Assembly (NCBI GenBank): GCA_043805415.1
Contig: JAZDHZ010000009.1
Span: 13,973-77,972 of the forward strand
DNA: 64,000 nt
Direction: 5' to 3'
DNA from: Candidatus Omnitrophota bacterium
GTDB taxonomy: Bacteria; Omnitrophota; Gorgyraeia; B26-G9
This document shows positions 21,159-32,006 of this stretch, piece by piece. Position numbers and translations under genes: made by a program. The notes under the pieces are model-generated. The model ran no database searches and had not been told where the DNA came from. It saw nothing but the letters and a program-made list of their open reading frames with translations. Positions within the stretch are counted from its first letter, which is position 1, and the number at the start of each line of letters is the position of its first letter.

Positions 21159-22223
21159 ATGAAGAAACTGTTCGATCGCGTGAATGCTTTTTTCGAATCA
21201 ATTAAAACTTTTCTCGCATTTGATATTGGGATTGATTTGGGAACAGCGAATACCCTTGTATATGTAAAAGGCGAAGGTATTGTGCTTTGCGAACCTTCGG
21301 TTGTAGCAATTCAAAAAGGGACTTCTCAGGTTCTCGCGGTGGGAGAAGAAGCTAAAAAAATGTTGGGAAGAACTCCCGGCAATATTGTGGCAATCCGTCC
21401 GATGAAAGATGGAGTTATCGCTGATTTTGAAATAAGCGAAAAAATGCTGCGTTATTTTATCAGCCGGGTGCATAAACGTAAACGGTTTATTAAACCGCTT
21501 ATTGTAATTGCTGTTCCTTCCGGGATAACCGAGGTAGAAAAAAGAGCGGTTGTGGATTCGGCGGAAAGAGCTGGAGCCAGGGAAGTTTTTCTGATTGAGG
21601 AACCTAAAGCAGCGGCGATTGGCGTCGGCCTGCCGGTGCATGAGCCAATAGGAAATATGATTGTTGATATCGGCGGCGGGACAACAGAAATAGCAATTAT
21701 TTCTTTAGGCGGTATTGTCTGTGCCAAAAGTTTAAGGATTGGCGGAGATGAAATGGATGACGCGATTATTCAGCATCTTAAGCGCTCATATAATCTTATG
21801 GTGGGAGAAAGAACTGCTGAAGAAATTAAAATAAAAATTGGTTCAGCTTATCCTTTAGATGAAGAAATGACTCAAGATATAAAAGGCCGAGACTTGATCG
21901 CGGGTTTGCCGAAAACAATAAAAATCACCTCCCAGGAAATCCGGGAAGCTTTAGCCGAACCAATTAGTTCGATTGTCGAATCAGTTCGGGTAATCCTGGA
22001 AAAAGCTCCGGCAGAACTTTCCGCGGATCTGGTAGATCGGGGAATTGTTTTAGTCGGCGGCGGAAGTCTTTTGCGGGGCATAGAAAAACTCTTGGCTGAA
22101 GAAACTGGTTTGCCAGTTCGTGTAGCTGAAGACGCGCTGACGGCAGTGGCTTTGGGAACCGGTAAATTTTTGAGCGAAATTCATAATTTTAGACGATTAA
22201 GTTTAAAAAGAAATCGTTATTGA
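21159..22223 (+). CDS. mreB: rod shape-determining protein MreB
   Basis: Actin-fold motifs [24 protein letters not shown]. Confidence 0.95.
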   Translation: MKKLFDRVNAFFESIKTFLAFDIGIDLGTANTLVYVKGEGIVLCEPSVVAIQKGTSQVLAVGEEAKKMLGRTPGNIVAIRPMKDGVIADFEISEKMLRYFISRVHKRKRFIKPLIVIAVPSGITEVEKRAVVDSAERAGAREVFLIEEPKAAAIGVGLPVHEPIGNMIVDIGGGTTEIAIISLGGIVCAKSLRIGGDEMDDAIIQHLKRSYNLMVGERTAEEIKIKIGSAYPLDEEMTQDIKGRDLIAGLPKTIKITSQEIREALAEPISSIVESVRVILEKAPAELSADLVDRGIVLVGGGSLLRGIEKLLAEETGLPVRVAEDALTAVALGTGKFLSEIHNFRRLSLKRNRY

Positions 22224-22239
22224 TTAGAAAATTTACATT

Positions 22240-23028
22240 GTGTCTGGAAAAAAAAAACCACTTCTATTTATCCCATTAATTATATTGCTGTTTGCTATTC
22301 TTGTGATTCCGCCACAAAAAACAGTCCATTTAAAAAGTAGTTTATTACTTATATTTAGAACCCCCTTATCACTGATCTACCGTTTCCAGTTAAGCACTAT
22401 AAACGCGAAAAAAATATTTACTTTTTATTCCGAATATGAAGCAATGCAAACTCGAATAAAGGAGCTTAGTTTTCAAGCTAATCGGTTGACTGAGCTAGAC
22501 CTTGAAAACCAGCGTCTGCGCAAAATTCTTGAGCTTGACAATAGCTCTAATAAGTTCATCGTTAGCCGGGTTATTGGTAAAGAACCGACTAATTGGCTTA
22601 ATAGTTTGATTATTGATAAAGGTTCATTGGCCGGAATATATATTAATCAACCGGTAATGAATTTTTCCGGCTTAATTGGTAAGGTTATTGAAGTAAATCC
22701 CCGAACAGCAAAAGTCTTATTAATCAGCGATGTGAATTCAAGAGTTGTGGTTTTGCTCCAAAACACTCGTATTGAAGGTATGCTCGAAGGCATTGGCAAA
22801 GGCTTATGCCGAATTAAATACTTAGCAGTTGATTCAGAGGTTAAATTAGGGGATATTGTTGTTAGTGCCGGTTTGGGCGGAGTATATCCTAAAGGGCTTG
22901 TTGTCGGGAAGATTGAAAGCATAAAAATTGAACGCGGCGGAATATACAAAAGCTGTATCGTAAAACCCTTATCAACATTATCAGGATTAGAAGAAGTCTT
23001 ATGTATAGAATCCGATTTAGATCAATAA
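22240..23028 (+). CDS. mreC: rod shape-determining protein MreC
   Basis: TM helix, coiled coil, twin beta-barrel region; position after mreB. Confidence 0.85.
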   Translation: MSGKKKPLLFIPLIILLFAILVIPPQKTVHLKSSLLLIFRTPLSLIYRFQLSTINAKKIFTFYSEYEAMQTRIKELSFQANRLTELDLENQRLRKILELDNSSNKFIVSRVIGKEPTNWLNSLIIDKGSLAGIYINQPVMNFSGLIGKVIEVNPRTAKVLLISDVNSRVVVLLQNTRIEGMLEGIGKGLCRIKYLAVDSEVKLGDIVVSAGLGGVYPKGLVVGKIESIKIERGGIYKSCIVKPLSTLSGLEEVLCIESDLDQ

Positions 23029-23507
23029 GATTTGGATTAATTTCTTTTTTTGTTTTAGTTTTTCAAAGTACTCTTGTTTATAGTCTAGCTCTCGGAGCAG
23101 TTAAGCCGGATTTTGTCATCCTCCTGGTTATTTTTTTTGCTTTATATAAAGGGGCAAAGCCGGGGATGTTTTACGGGCTAGTTCTCGGGCTGTTTGTTGA
23201 TGCTTTAAGCGGCGGGATCATCGGAGTTAATAGTTTTGTATTTGGCTGTATTGGGTTTATTTGCGGTTTATTAAAAGAACGAGTATATATAAACCATTTT
23301 CTTACAAAATTTTTAGTAGGATTTTCAGCGTGCTTATTCTATTCGATTGTGTACTATATTCTGGCTGTGCAGTTTTTTCAGCTGCCGAGTTTTTTTGCAA
23401 ACCTGGATATTGTTCTGGGAACGATTGTTTATACTAGTATCTGCAATATTTTTTTTGCGGATGTTCTTGACCGCTTTGTTATCGTCCGGTCTAATTCCTT
23501 ATTATGA
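23001..23507 (+). CDS. mreD: rod shape-determining protein MreD
   Basis: ~165-aa polytopic membrane protein after mreC. Confidence 0.7.
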   Translation: MYRIRFRSIRFGLISFFVLVFQSTLVYSLALGAVKPDFVILLVIFFALYKGAKPGMFYGLVLGLFVDALSGGIIGVNSFVFGCIGFICGLLKERVYINHFLTKFLVGFSACLFYSIVYYILAVQFFQLPSFFANLDIVLGTIVYTSICNIFFADVLDRFVIVRSNSLL

Positions 23508-25219
23508 GATTGCAAATTTTAAAATACATATTAGTGTTTTTATTCATGATCCTGTTTAGCGCGTTGTTTTGGATGCAGATAGTTAAAGGTCCTGAATATT
23601 TTCAGCAAAGTGAAAATAATCGGATCAGACTGGTTCCGGAGGATGCCTCTCGCGGTATTATTTATGATCGAAATAATATTCCCTTGGTTGAAAACAGGCT
23701 CGCTTTTGATGTGGTTGCTGTTCCTCAGGAAATAAAATCAGAGAATAAGACAATTCTTTTTTCTAAGCTAAGTCAGTTCCTGGAAATAAAGCCGGCTATT
23801 TTAGAAGAAGCATTTGAGCGTAATTTTGTATCTAGTTTTTCTCCGGTTATGCTGGCTGAAAATATTCCCCGACATACTGCTTTTTTGGTTGAGCAAGATA
23901 TGTCGCAATTATCTGGAGTTTTTGTTAAAACAAGCAGTATCCGTAATTATTCGCAGGGCAATGCTTGCGCGCATTTGATTGGCTATGTTGGTAAAATGCG
24001 TGAGTCCGAATATCCAGAGTTTAAAAAATATGGATATCAGATGAGTGATGTAATTGGCAGAAGCGGATTGGAAAAAACATATGACCAGAGATTAAGAGGC
24101 AAGCCTGGGGGTATGCAGCTGGAAGTGGACAGCGAAGGCAGCATTATAAAAGTAATGAGTTATCGGCCTCCGGTTAGAGGTAGTGATTTGTATACAACAA
24201 TTGATCTGGATTTGCAAAAACTTATTTGTGAACTTTTGGCTGATATCCGAGGCGCGGTGTGTGTTATGGATCCAGAAACCGGTGAAGTGCTGGCATTATA
24301 CAGCGGCCCATCCTTTGATCCAAATATATTTATAAATAAAAATAAATATGAGGATATTGGTAAAATTTTTAAAAATCCCGACGCGCCGCTTTTAAACAGA
24401 GCGTTAAATACTTATGCTCCTGGATCAATTTTTAAGATAGTTACAGCTTACGCGGGATTGTTTGAGAAAATTATAAATGAAAATACTTGTTTTGAATGCA
24501 ATGGAAGTTTTCAATTAGGGAATTCCAGCCGCAGCTGCTGGCTGAAAAGCGGACATGGAAGTGTTAATCTGCAAAAAGCACTAGAGGTATCCTGTAATGT
24601 GTTTTTTTGGGAAGTTGGTTTAAAAGTCGGGCAACGCTTACTTTTTAGTTACGCGCGTGAATTTGGATTAGGCAAACTAACCGGCATAGATCTTCCTAGC
24701 GAGCCATCAGGGGTTGTGCCGAATGAGCATTGGAAGAACGCGAATATCCATGAGAAATGGTACGCGGGAGATACAGCGAATTTCGCGATAGGCCAAGGCT
24801 TCTTGCTGATCAGTCCAATACAGGCATTGCGGATGGTGTCTATGGTCGCGAATGGAGGATATGAAGTTTTTCCGCATATTGTAAAAAAAGATAGTAAATT
24901 AATAAATACTAAAAAGAGAATTTTATCCGCGGAGATTTTAGGTATAATAAGAAAAGGCTTAAAGGATGTGGTAAGTTCTTCCTCTGGAACAGGCCAGCTT
25001 GCTTCTGTGCCGGGAGTAAAAATTTTTGCTAAAACCGGGACAGCTCAGTCTGGTAAAGGATTAGATCCGCATGCCTGGTTTGTCGGATATGCTGAATTTG
25101 AAAACCAAAATATTAGTTTTTGTATTTTTCAGGAATTCGGCGGGCATGGAGGGGAAGGTCCGGCGAATATAGCGAAAGAAATAATATTATATTTTAAGGC
25201 AAAAGAAGGTGAAAAATAA
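23504..25219 (+). CDS. mrdA: penicillin-binding protein 2 (elongasome transpeptidase)
   Basis: PBP dimerisation plus transpeptidase domains; STFK-like SIFK, SCN and KTGT motifs. Confidence 0.9.
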   Translation: MRLQILKYILVFLFMILFSALFWMQIVKGPEYFQQSENNRIRLVPEDASRGIIYDRNNIPLVENRLAFDVVAVPQEIKSENKTILFSKLSQFLEIKPAILEEAFERNFVSSFSPVMLAENIPRHTAFLVEQDMSQLSGVFVKTSSIRNYSQGNACAHLIGYVGKMRESEYPEFKKYGYQMSDVIGRSGLEKTYDQRLRGKPGGMQLEVDSEGSIIKVMSYRPPVRGSDLYTTIDLDLQKLICELLADIRGAVCVMDPETGEVLALYSGPSFDPNIFINKNKYEDIGKIFKNPDAPLLNRALNTYAPGSIFKIVTAYAGLFEKIINENTCFECNGSFQLGNSSRSCWLKSGHGSVNLQKALEVSCNVFFWEVGLKVGQRLLFSYAREFGLGKLTGIDLPSEPSGVVPNEHWKNANIHEKWYAGDTANFAIGQGFLLISPIQALRMVSMVANGGYEVFPHIVKKDSKLINTKKRILSAEILGIIRKGLKDVVSSSSGTGQLASVPGVKIFAKTGTAQSGKGLDPHAWFVGYAEFENQNISFCIFQEFGGHGGEGPANIAKEIILYFKAKEGEK

Positions 25220-26316
25220 TGTTCGGATTGTCAGTTTTTCGAGATTTTGATAAGCCTCTGGCAATAATATTATTGGCATTGCTTATTTTTGGTTTAGTGG
25301 CTTTGTTTAGTGCTTCTTATCAAAGGCACATAGATACAGGCAAAGACTTTGTTTTAACCCAAGGTCTTTGGATATTGCTCGGGTTGGGGATAGTCTATTT
25401 AATCGCGAAAACAAATTACCATTCTTTTTTAAGTGTGGCCTATATTATTTATGGGATTCATATTTTTACTCTTGTCCTAGTCCTGGTGATGGGGAAAACA
25501 GCGCTGGGCGCGCAAAGATGGATCAGTATCGGCGGTATTGGGATTCAGCCTTCAGAGTTTTCTAAAATATTTACGATTCTGGCCTTAGCAAGAATGATTG
25601 GAGATAATCCTAATTGCTTAAACTCAAAACGAGGATTAATCGCTCCTTTTTTAATTTCTTTTGTTCCAATGCTGTTGATTTTTAAGCAGCCTGATTTGGG
25701 AACAGCGATTGTTATTCTCCCTATATTTCTGGCTATGGTCTGGGTAGGAGGAGTGCGTTTAAAGTATTTTTTGGTTGCTATTTTTAGCGGGCTTATTGCC
25801 ATGCCTTTTTTCTGGCATTTTCTAAAAGATTATCAACGCGATCGGTTGCTGGTGTTTATAAATCCGAATGTTGATCCTTTGGGCGCGGGCTATACAATTA
25901 ATCAATCTAAAATAGCTATTGGCTCAGGAATGCTCATTGGTAAAGGCTGGCTTTCCGGCACTCAAAATCAGCTTAACTTTCTGCCAGAGCGGCATACAGA
26001 CTTTATTTTTTCCATTGTCGGAGAAGAATGGGGTTTTATTGGGGCTGTTATTGTGATTGGATTTTTTTTACTCTTGATAATCCGGGGAATTAAAATCGCG
26101 GAAATGACTAATAATTTAAGCGGAAAATTAATTATTGTTGGGATAACGACAATGCTTGCATTGCATGTTATAATAAACATCGGAATGACTTTAGGTCTCA
26201 TGCCGGTGGTGGGCATGCCTTTGCCGTTTATCAGCTATGGCCGTTCGGCTTTGACTGCTAATTTAATTGCTATCGGTTTTTTATTTAATGTAAGAATTCA
26301 TCGGACAGTTTTTTAA
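25219..26316 (+). CDS. rodA: peptidoglycan polymerase RodA (SEDS family)
   Basis: FtsW/RodA/SpoVE family 10-TM protein directly after mrdA. Confidence 0.85.
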   Translation: MFGLSVFRDFDKPLAIILLALLIFGLVALFSASYQRHIDTGKDFVLTQGLWILLGLGIVYLIAKTNYHSFLSVAYIIYGIHIFTLVLVLVMGKTALGAQRWISIGGIGIQPSEFSKIFTILALARMIGDNPNCLNSKRGLIAPFLISFVPMLLIFKQPDLGTAIVILPIFLAMVWVGGVRLKYFLVAIFSGLIAMPFFWHFLKDYQRDRLLVFINPNVDPLGAGYTINQSKIAIGSGMLIGKGWLSGTQNQLNFLPERHTDFIFSIVGEEWGFIGAVIVIGFFLLLIIRGIKIAEMTNNLSGKLIIVGITTMLALHVIINIGMTLGLMPVVGMPLPFISYGRSALTANLIAIGFLFNVRIHRTVF

Positions 26317-26345
26317 ATAGTAGATTTTAAAAGGAGATTTTAATT

Positions 26346-28466
26346 ATGGAACTTAAAAAATGGGAGACTCCGGTTAAAGGTTCTCAAGAGGAAAAAGAAG
26401 TTATTGATTTACTTAAAGCATTTTCTTCAACCCTTAAAAAAATCCCGCTTTATCCGGCAACGCATCCAATGGTAAAAGACTCGATTTTACAGCTATACTT
26501 GAGCTTGGATGGGTTCTCAAAGAGATTCGGTGATTTTGTTTTAGATATTACTGACAAGAGCATCATGATCTGTGAGCAGCCATTTGAAGCCGCTGGGACG
26601 GGAAAAGATTTAACCGCGGAGTTTAAGAAAATATCAATAGAAGGAATGACTTTTAAGCAGGGAGTTCCTGATTATGAGCTGGAATCTTTTTTAAAGCTGT
26701 TTTTACTAAAGCCGGATATGATCAAAGAAAAAGGCGGAATTAAGGAGATAATGGCGCAGCAGGGAATAACTAAAATTGTGCTTAATGAAGTGCACTATGC
26801 CCGGATTAAGACTGAAGAAGAAATTAGAAAAAAGACAGACGAAGAAGCTGGATCAGGTGAAGGATCAGGCGAAGGTGCTGATGCTGGTGAAGGTGCTGAT
26901 GCTGGTGAAGGTGCTGATGCTGGTGAAGGTGAAGGTTCTGGTGCTGGCGTACATTCTAAACAAGAAGATAAAGATATTGTGGGAATGGTTAGTGATTTCT
27001 TTAGTGGAAAATCCGATGTGGTGCCGGATAAAGAAGTTATTTCCTATGAATTTAAAAAGAATGCCCGCAGAGTGGTCAAACAGTTGCTTGAACTTGTCGG
27101 ACCGGAAAAAGCAGTAGATGAGGTGCTGGCAATAATTGAAGATCGTTTTGATAAAGCTGGATTTACAACAGAAGAAAAAGATGTTTATGTTGAAAAAGTT
27201 AAAACCCAGATTATTAAATTAAAAACTCCTAAAATTTCAAAAAAAGATATGGAGAAACAATTAAAAGCTTTAAAATTAGAAAATAAAAAACTTCACGCTT
27301 TAGCGCAGGAAAATGAAAAACTGAAAAAAATGCTGAAAAACGCGGATCAAAGTATTGATCAGGCTGTTTTGAATGCTACCGCGGCGCTGGCAGATGAAAA
27401 CAAACAAATAAAGAGAGAAAAACATCGAATTAATTCTGTGCTTAAACACGTTGCTGAAGGTTTGATAATTATTGATAATGAGGGCAAGGTGCTTGTGCTT
27501 AATCCCGCTGCTGAGCAGCTTTTGGGGGCAAGTAAGGAAAGTAAAGTTGGACAGCATATTTTAGAAGACTTAAAAGAAGAGCAAATGGTTAGTTTGGCAA
27601 AAGATGGACAAAGAGAAATAGAAATAGAATTAGCCGGGCCTAGTGATGGAACAAAGAAAACTCTTCGCGCTAGTTCCGCGGTAATTGAAAATGAAGAAGG
27701 CCAGACCGTGGGAATGGTTTCTGTGTTGAGCGATATTACCCGGCAAAAGGAACTTGAGAAGATGAAGGATACTTTTGTTTCTAATGTAACTCATGATTTG
27801 AGAGCCCCGTTGATTTCGATTCAAAAAAGTTTATCTTTAGTCCTCGATATTGCTAAAGATACTATGCCGCAGGAACAGAAGCAATTTCTGGAAATAGCGA
27901 GTAATAATGCTTCGCGCTTAACTAGTTTGGTTAATGATCTTCTTGATGTGGCAAAACTTGAATCCGGGCGAGCTCGTTTGGAATATAGTAAAACGAGTAT
28001 GGAGGAAGTGGTAAATACAGTTTTTGACATGTTGGGAGCTTGGGCTAATAGCCGGGGAGTAAAACTGGAAAAAGAAGGAATCGCGGATATTGTTTTTGAC
28101 TCAGACGCAAAACTGCTGGGACAGTTGTTTACAAACCTTGTGGGCAACGCGATAAAATTTACTCCTTATGGCGGCAGTATTAAAATTACCGCGGAGAGAA
28201 TTGATAAAGATATTAAGATTGCGGTTATTGATACTGGCTGTGGTATTCCAGCTGATAGCCTGGAGAAAATTTTCGGTAAATTTGAGCAGGCGAAAACCAT
28301 ACCAACCAGCGGTTCGCCCAAAGGCACGGGTCTGGGACTGACAATTGTAAAAGAAATTGTTTTGCTCCATGGCGGCAAGATTTGGGTTGAAAGTGAAATT
28401 GGCAAAGGCAGTAAATTTATTTTTGTACTCCCGGCTGAGAAAGAGGTTTTGGATATTCGTGATTAA
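26346..28466 (+). CDS. cytoplasmic sensor histidine kinase (N-terminal domain of unknown type, Gly/acidic repeat, coiled coil, PAS, HisKA, HATPase)
   Basis: No TM helix; PAS (VLVLNPAAEQLLG); H-box THDLRAPL; N, G1, G2 ATP-lid motifs; internal GEGADA repeat. Confidence 0.85.
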   Translation: MELKKWETPVKGSQEEKEVIDLLKAFSSTLKKIPLYPATHPMVKDSILQLYLSLDGFSKRFGDFVLDITDKSIMICEQPFEAAGTGKDLTAEFKKISIEGMTFKQGVPDYELESFLKLFLLKPDMIKEKGGIKEIMAQQGITKIVLNEVHYARIKTEEEIRKKTDEEAGSGEGSGEGADAGEGADAGEGADAGEGEGSGAGVHSKQEDKDIVGMVSDFFSGKSDVVPDKEVISYEFKKNARRVVKQLLELVGPEKAVDEVLAIIEDRFDKAGFTTEEKDVYVEKVKTQIIKLKTPKISKKDMEKQLKALKLENKKLHALAQENEKLKKMLKNADQSIDQAVLNATAALADENKQIKREKHRINSVLKHVAEGLIIIDNEGKVLVLNPAAEQLLGASKESKVGQHILEDLKEEQMVSLAKDGQREIEIELAGPSDGTKKTLRASSAVIENEEGQTVGMVSVLSDITRQKELEKMKDTFVSNVTHDLRAPLISIQKSLSLVLDIAKDTMPQEQKQFLEIASNNASRLTSLVNDLLDVAKLESGRARLEYSKTSMEEVVNTVFDMLGAWANSRGVKLEKEGIADIVFDSDAKLLGQLFTNLVGNAIKFTPYGGSIKITAERIDKDIKIAVIDTGCGIPADSLEKIFGKFEQAKTIPTSGSPKGTGLGLTIVKEIVLLHGGKIWVESEIGKGSKFIFVLPAEKEVLDIRD
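26847..26948 (+). repeat. In-frame tandem repeat, 18-bp unit GAAGGTGCTGATGCTGGT x3 plus degenerate flanking copies (encodes SGEGSGEGADAGEGADAGEGADAGEGEGSGAG)
   Basis: Direct inspection of sequence 26847-26948. Confidence 0.9.
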
Positions 28467-30258
28467 TCGAAGCGTTGGACAAACCCCGGTAAATCTAGAA
28501 CAGTTCTTGCTTGAAGTCAGAAAGCCGGCGCGGTATATCGGCAATGAGTATAATAGTATTGAAAAAGAACAAACTCAAGATATGATCAACTTTGCTCTCT
28601 GCTTTGCTGATGCCTATGAACTGGGCATGAGTCACCTGGGAGTTAAAATTCTTTATTCGATTTTAAATCAATTGGATGATGTTTATTGTGAACGCTGTTT
28701 TTCTCCTTGGCTAGATATGGAGAAAAAAATGCGCGAGCATAAGATCCCGCTTTTTGCCATTGAAACAGCCCGTCCGATTACTAATTATGACATTATCGGT
28801 TTTTCTTTGCAGTATGAACTGGGATATACTAATCTGCTGAATATGCTGGATCTCAGCAATATCCCTTTATACAGCAAGGATAGAGATATGAGCCATCCGC
28901 TGATAATTGCCGGAGGTCCCTGCAGTACCAATCCCGAGCCCATGGCTGATTTTATTGATGTTTTTTTTGTCGGTGAAGCCGAAGAGCTGATAATTGAATT
29001 TATTAAAGTTTTTCGCGAGTTTAAAAATAAGCAGTGTCTGGGAATGGAGCTTAATGATAAAAAAGAGCTTAAGAATAAAAGAGATGAGCTTTTAAAGAAA
29101 CTGGCGCAAATTCCCGGGCTGTATATTCCTAAGTTTTATGCTTATGATCAAAATAATGTTCTTAGACCAGAAAATAAGGATATTGCCGAAACCATAACCA
29201 GGAGATTTGTGGCGGATTTAGATGCAACGCCTTATTTTACTAAGCCGCCAGTGTCTTATATTGAGATAGTGCATGACAGGATAAGCATCGAGATTATGCG
29301 GGGTTGTCCAAATAAATGTTTTTTTTGCCAAGCGGGTTTTACGATAAATCCTGTTCGAATTCGAAAAATAGATACGATTTTGGCTTTAGCTAAAGAAACA
29401 TATGCTAATACTGGATATGATAATATATCTTTTTGTGCTTTATCTAGCGCGAATTATCCATATCTTATTGAGCTAATTAAAGTAATGCATTCTTTTTGCC
29501 ATCCCCGAGGCATGGGGATTTCTTTGCCTTCCTTAAGGGTGGATACCCAGTTTTTGGGCCTTATTTCCATGCTTGAGGGCCTTAAAAAAAGCGGACTTAC
29601 TTTTGCTCCGGAAGCAGGAAGCAGCAGATTGAGAAAGATTATAAACAAAGACATTGATATTGAAGCTTTAAAACTTGCCGTGCTGGAAGCTTATCGCAAA
29701 GGCTGGAAAAGACTTAAACTTTATTTTATGATTGGTTTGCCGACTGAAACGGAAGAAGATTTAGTGGCAATCGTAAAAATGATCGAAGATTTTTCTGCTT
29801 TGCGCAAATCAATTGATGGGAGATGGGGGCAAGTTAGCGTCGGGATATCTAATTTTATCCCTAAATGCCATACTCCTTTTCAGTGGCTGGGAATGGAGTC
29901 AATCGAAGCTTTGCGGCAAAAGCAGGACTTTTTACGCCAAAGGCTAAACCGGAAAAGTTTTGAAGTGGATTTTCATGATCCGGCAATGAGCTTTGTTGAA
30001 GCCTGCATGTCGCGGGCAGATAGAAGGCTAGGGACTGTGATTAAACAGGCCTTTGACAATGGGGCAAGGTTTGATGCCTGGACTGGTGTTTTTAATTTTG
30101 AACTTTGGGAAAAAGCTTTTGAAGTTACCGGGGTTGATCCAAAGGACTATGTATATAAGGGAAAAAACTTTGATGCCCCATTACCCTGGGATCATATAGA
30201 CTGTGGTTTTGCCAAAGATGGATTAATCAAAAATGCTAAAATAGCGGCTAATGCATAA
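28457..30258 (+). CDS. B12-binding-domain radical SAM protein (uncharacterised TIGR03960-like family)
   Basis: N-terminal cobalamin-binding-like domain; CxxxCxxC (CPNKCFFCQAG) radical SAM core. Proposed GTG start overlapping the HK stop with GAGG RBS; start uncertain. Confidence 0.65.
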
Positions 30259-30527
30259 GCACTGATTTAAAATTAAAAATTAACTGATTCCGGGCATTTC
30301 TATGTGATTTAACTAATTGACATTATATCGCTTGTATGCTATAGTCGATTTTAAATCAGGGTAGTGTGATTGGGGGATTAAAATACTTAGATATGATCAA
30401 AAATAGGGGGTAATTTTTAGATCTTTATCAACCCGCCTATTTATAATCGCAAATCAAAAAAAATTTGTGCTAATATCTGAATTGAGGATATATTAAATTG
30501 TAAAGGTTAAAAAAGCTTGAGGATATT

Positions 30528-30938
30528 ATGGAAGAAAAAATAAAAGTATTGCTTGTCGATGATGAAGTTGACTTTATTAATATGATGCAGTATTGGCTTA
30601 AAAGCAAAAATTTTGACGCGGATGTTCTTTACAGCGGTGAAAATGTTGTGGAGCAGGTTAAAGCTAAAAATTATGATTTAATGTTTCTTGACCTTAGATT
30701 GCCAGGTATTGATGGTTTGGATATTTTACGGCAAGTAAGACAATATTCCAAGAAACTCCCAGTAATAATTTTTAGTGCCTTTGGTACAGCTGAAAGTTTG
30801 AAAGAAGCAACCAAGCTGGGGATCTCTGGTTTTTTCGCAAAAGAAAAAGGGTTTGAAGAAGCCGCGCGTTTGATTTATACAGCATTGCGGATACACAAAG
30901 GTTTAGCGCATTCTGATGCTGAGGAAGGAGAAAAGTAA
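30528..30938 (+). CDS. single-domain response regulator (CheY-like receiver)
   Basis: DDE acidic pocket, phospho-acceptor Asp (FLDLRLPGIDG), conserved Ser (FSA) and Lys (AK) receiver residues; 136 aa, no output domain. Confidence 0.85.
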   Translation: MEEKIKVLLVDDEVDFINMMQYWLKSKNFDADVLYSGENVVEQVKAKNYDLMFLDLRLPGIDGLDILRQVRQYSKKLPVIIFSAFGTAESLKEATKLGISGFFAKEKGFEEAARLIYTALRIHKGLAHSDAEEGEK

Positions 30939-30939
30939 T

Positions 30940-32004
30940 ATGGCAGTTGAAATGGGAAAATTACTCCGAATCCTTATTGAACGCAATGGGTCTGATTTGC
31001 ACTTAGGAGCAAATACTCCACCGCATATCAGGGTGGATGAAAAGATGTTGAATATTAGTGATGATATATTAACTCCGATTGATTGCCAGGAGCTTATATA
31101 TAGTATACTTAGTCCTGAAGAAGTGGAAAAATTTGAAAGAGAAAAAGAACTGGATCGCTCTTTTGAAATTGAAGGGATGAGTCGTTTTCGAATGAATGTT
31201 TTCTTTCAAAGAGGTCAGGTTGGCTGCGCGATTAGAGTTATTCCTTTTGATATTCTTTCATTTAGTCAATGCGGTTTACCAATAAAAATTGTTACAAGCT
31301 TAGCCAGAAAACCCAAGGGTTTGGTTTTAGTAACCGGCGCTACCGGATCGGGAAAATCAACAACCTTGGCATCAATTATCAATTTAATTAACGAGGAAAG
31401 ATCCTGCCATATTATTACGGTAGAAGATCCGATTGAATTTGTACACAAAAACAAAATGGCAGTTATTGATCAGCGAGAAGTGGGACAGGATACAAAATCT
31501 TTCGCGAAAGCATTAAAGCATGTTTTGCGCCAAGATCCGGATGTTATTCTTGTTGGTGAAATGCGGGATCTGGAAACAATTGAAGCGGCTTTAACTATTG
31601 CTGAAACCGGGCATCTTGTTTTTGCCACTTTGCATACTTCAGACGCTGTGCAAACTGTAAACCGGATTATTGACGTATTCCCTTCGCATCAACAGCAACA
31701 GGTACGCACCCAATTATCATTTGTTTTGGTAGGAATAGTTTCCCAACAATTGATTCCGAAAGTCGGCGGTACTGGCAGAGTTTTAGCTGCTGAGGTGATG
31801 CTGGCAACTGCGGCTGTAAAAAGCATGATCAGAGAACAAAAAGTGCATCAAATCTACTCAATTGTCCAAACCGGACAAAAAGATGGGATGAAGACAATGA
31901 ATCAGTCTTTGTACGAACTTTATACTGAGAAACATATTACTTACGAAGACGCGGTATCGCGTTCAACCGATCCCGACGATTTAATCCGACTATTTAAGAG
32001 ATAA
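30940..32004 (+). CDS. pilT: type IV pilus retraction ATPase PilT
   Basis: Walker A GATGSGKST, Asp box, His box, PilT-type AIRNLIRE-like motif (AVKSMIREQK); GGAGGAG RBS before ATG 30940. Confidence 0.9.
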   Translation: MAVEMGKLLRILIERNGSDLHLGANTPPHIRVDEKMLNISDDILTPIDCQELIYSILSPEEVEKFEREKELDRSFEIEGMSRFRMNVFFQRGQVGCAIRVIPFDILSFSQCGLPIKIVTSLARKPKGLVLVTGATGSGKSTTLASIINLINEERSCHIITVEDPIEFVHKNKMAVIDQREVGQDTKSFAKALKHVLRQDPDVILVGEMRDLETIEAALTIAETGHLVFATLHTSDAVQTVNRIIDVFPSHQQQQVRTQLSFVLVGIVSQQLIPKVGGTGRVLAAEVMLATAAVKSMIREQKVHQIYSIVQTGQKDGMKTMNQSLYELYTEKHITYEDAVSRSTDPDDLIRLFKR

Positions 32005-32006
32005 AC

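Noticed and set aside
26776-27117. 113-aa + strand ORF with VKVLMLVKVLMLVKV repeats
   Set aside because: It is an alternative-frame reading of the GEGADA tandem repeat inside the histidine kinase gene. It is an artefact of the repeat.
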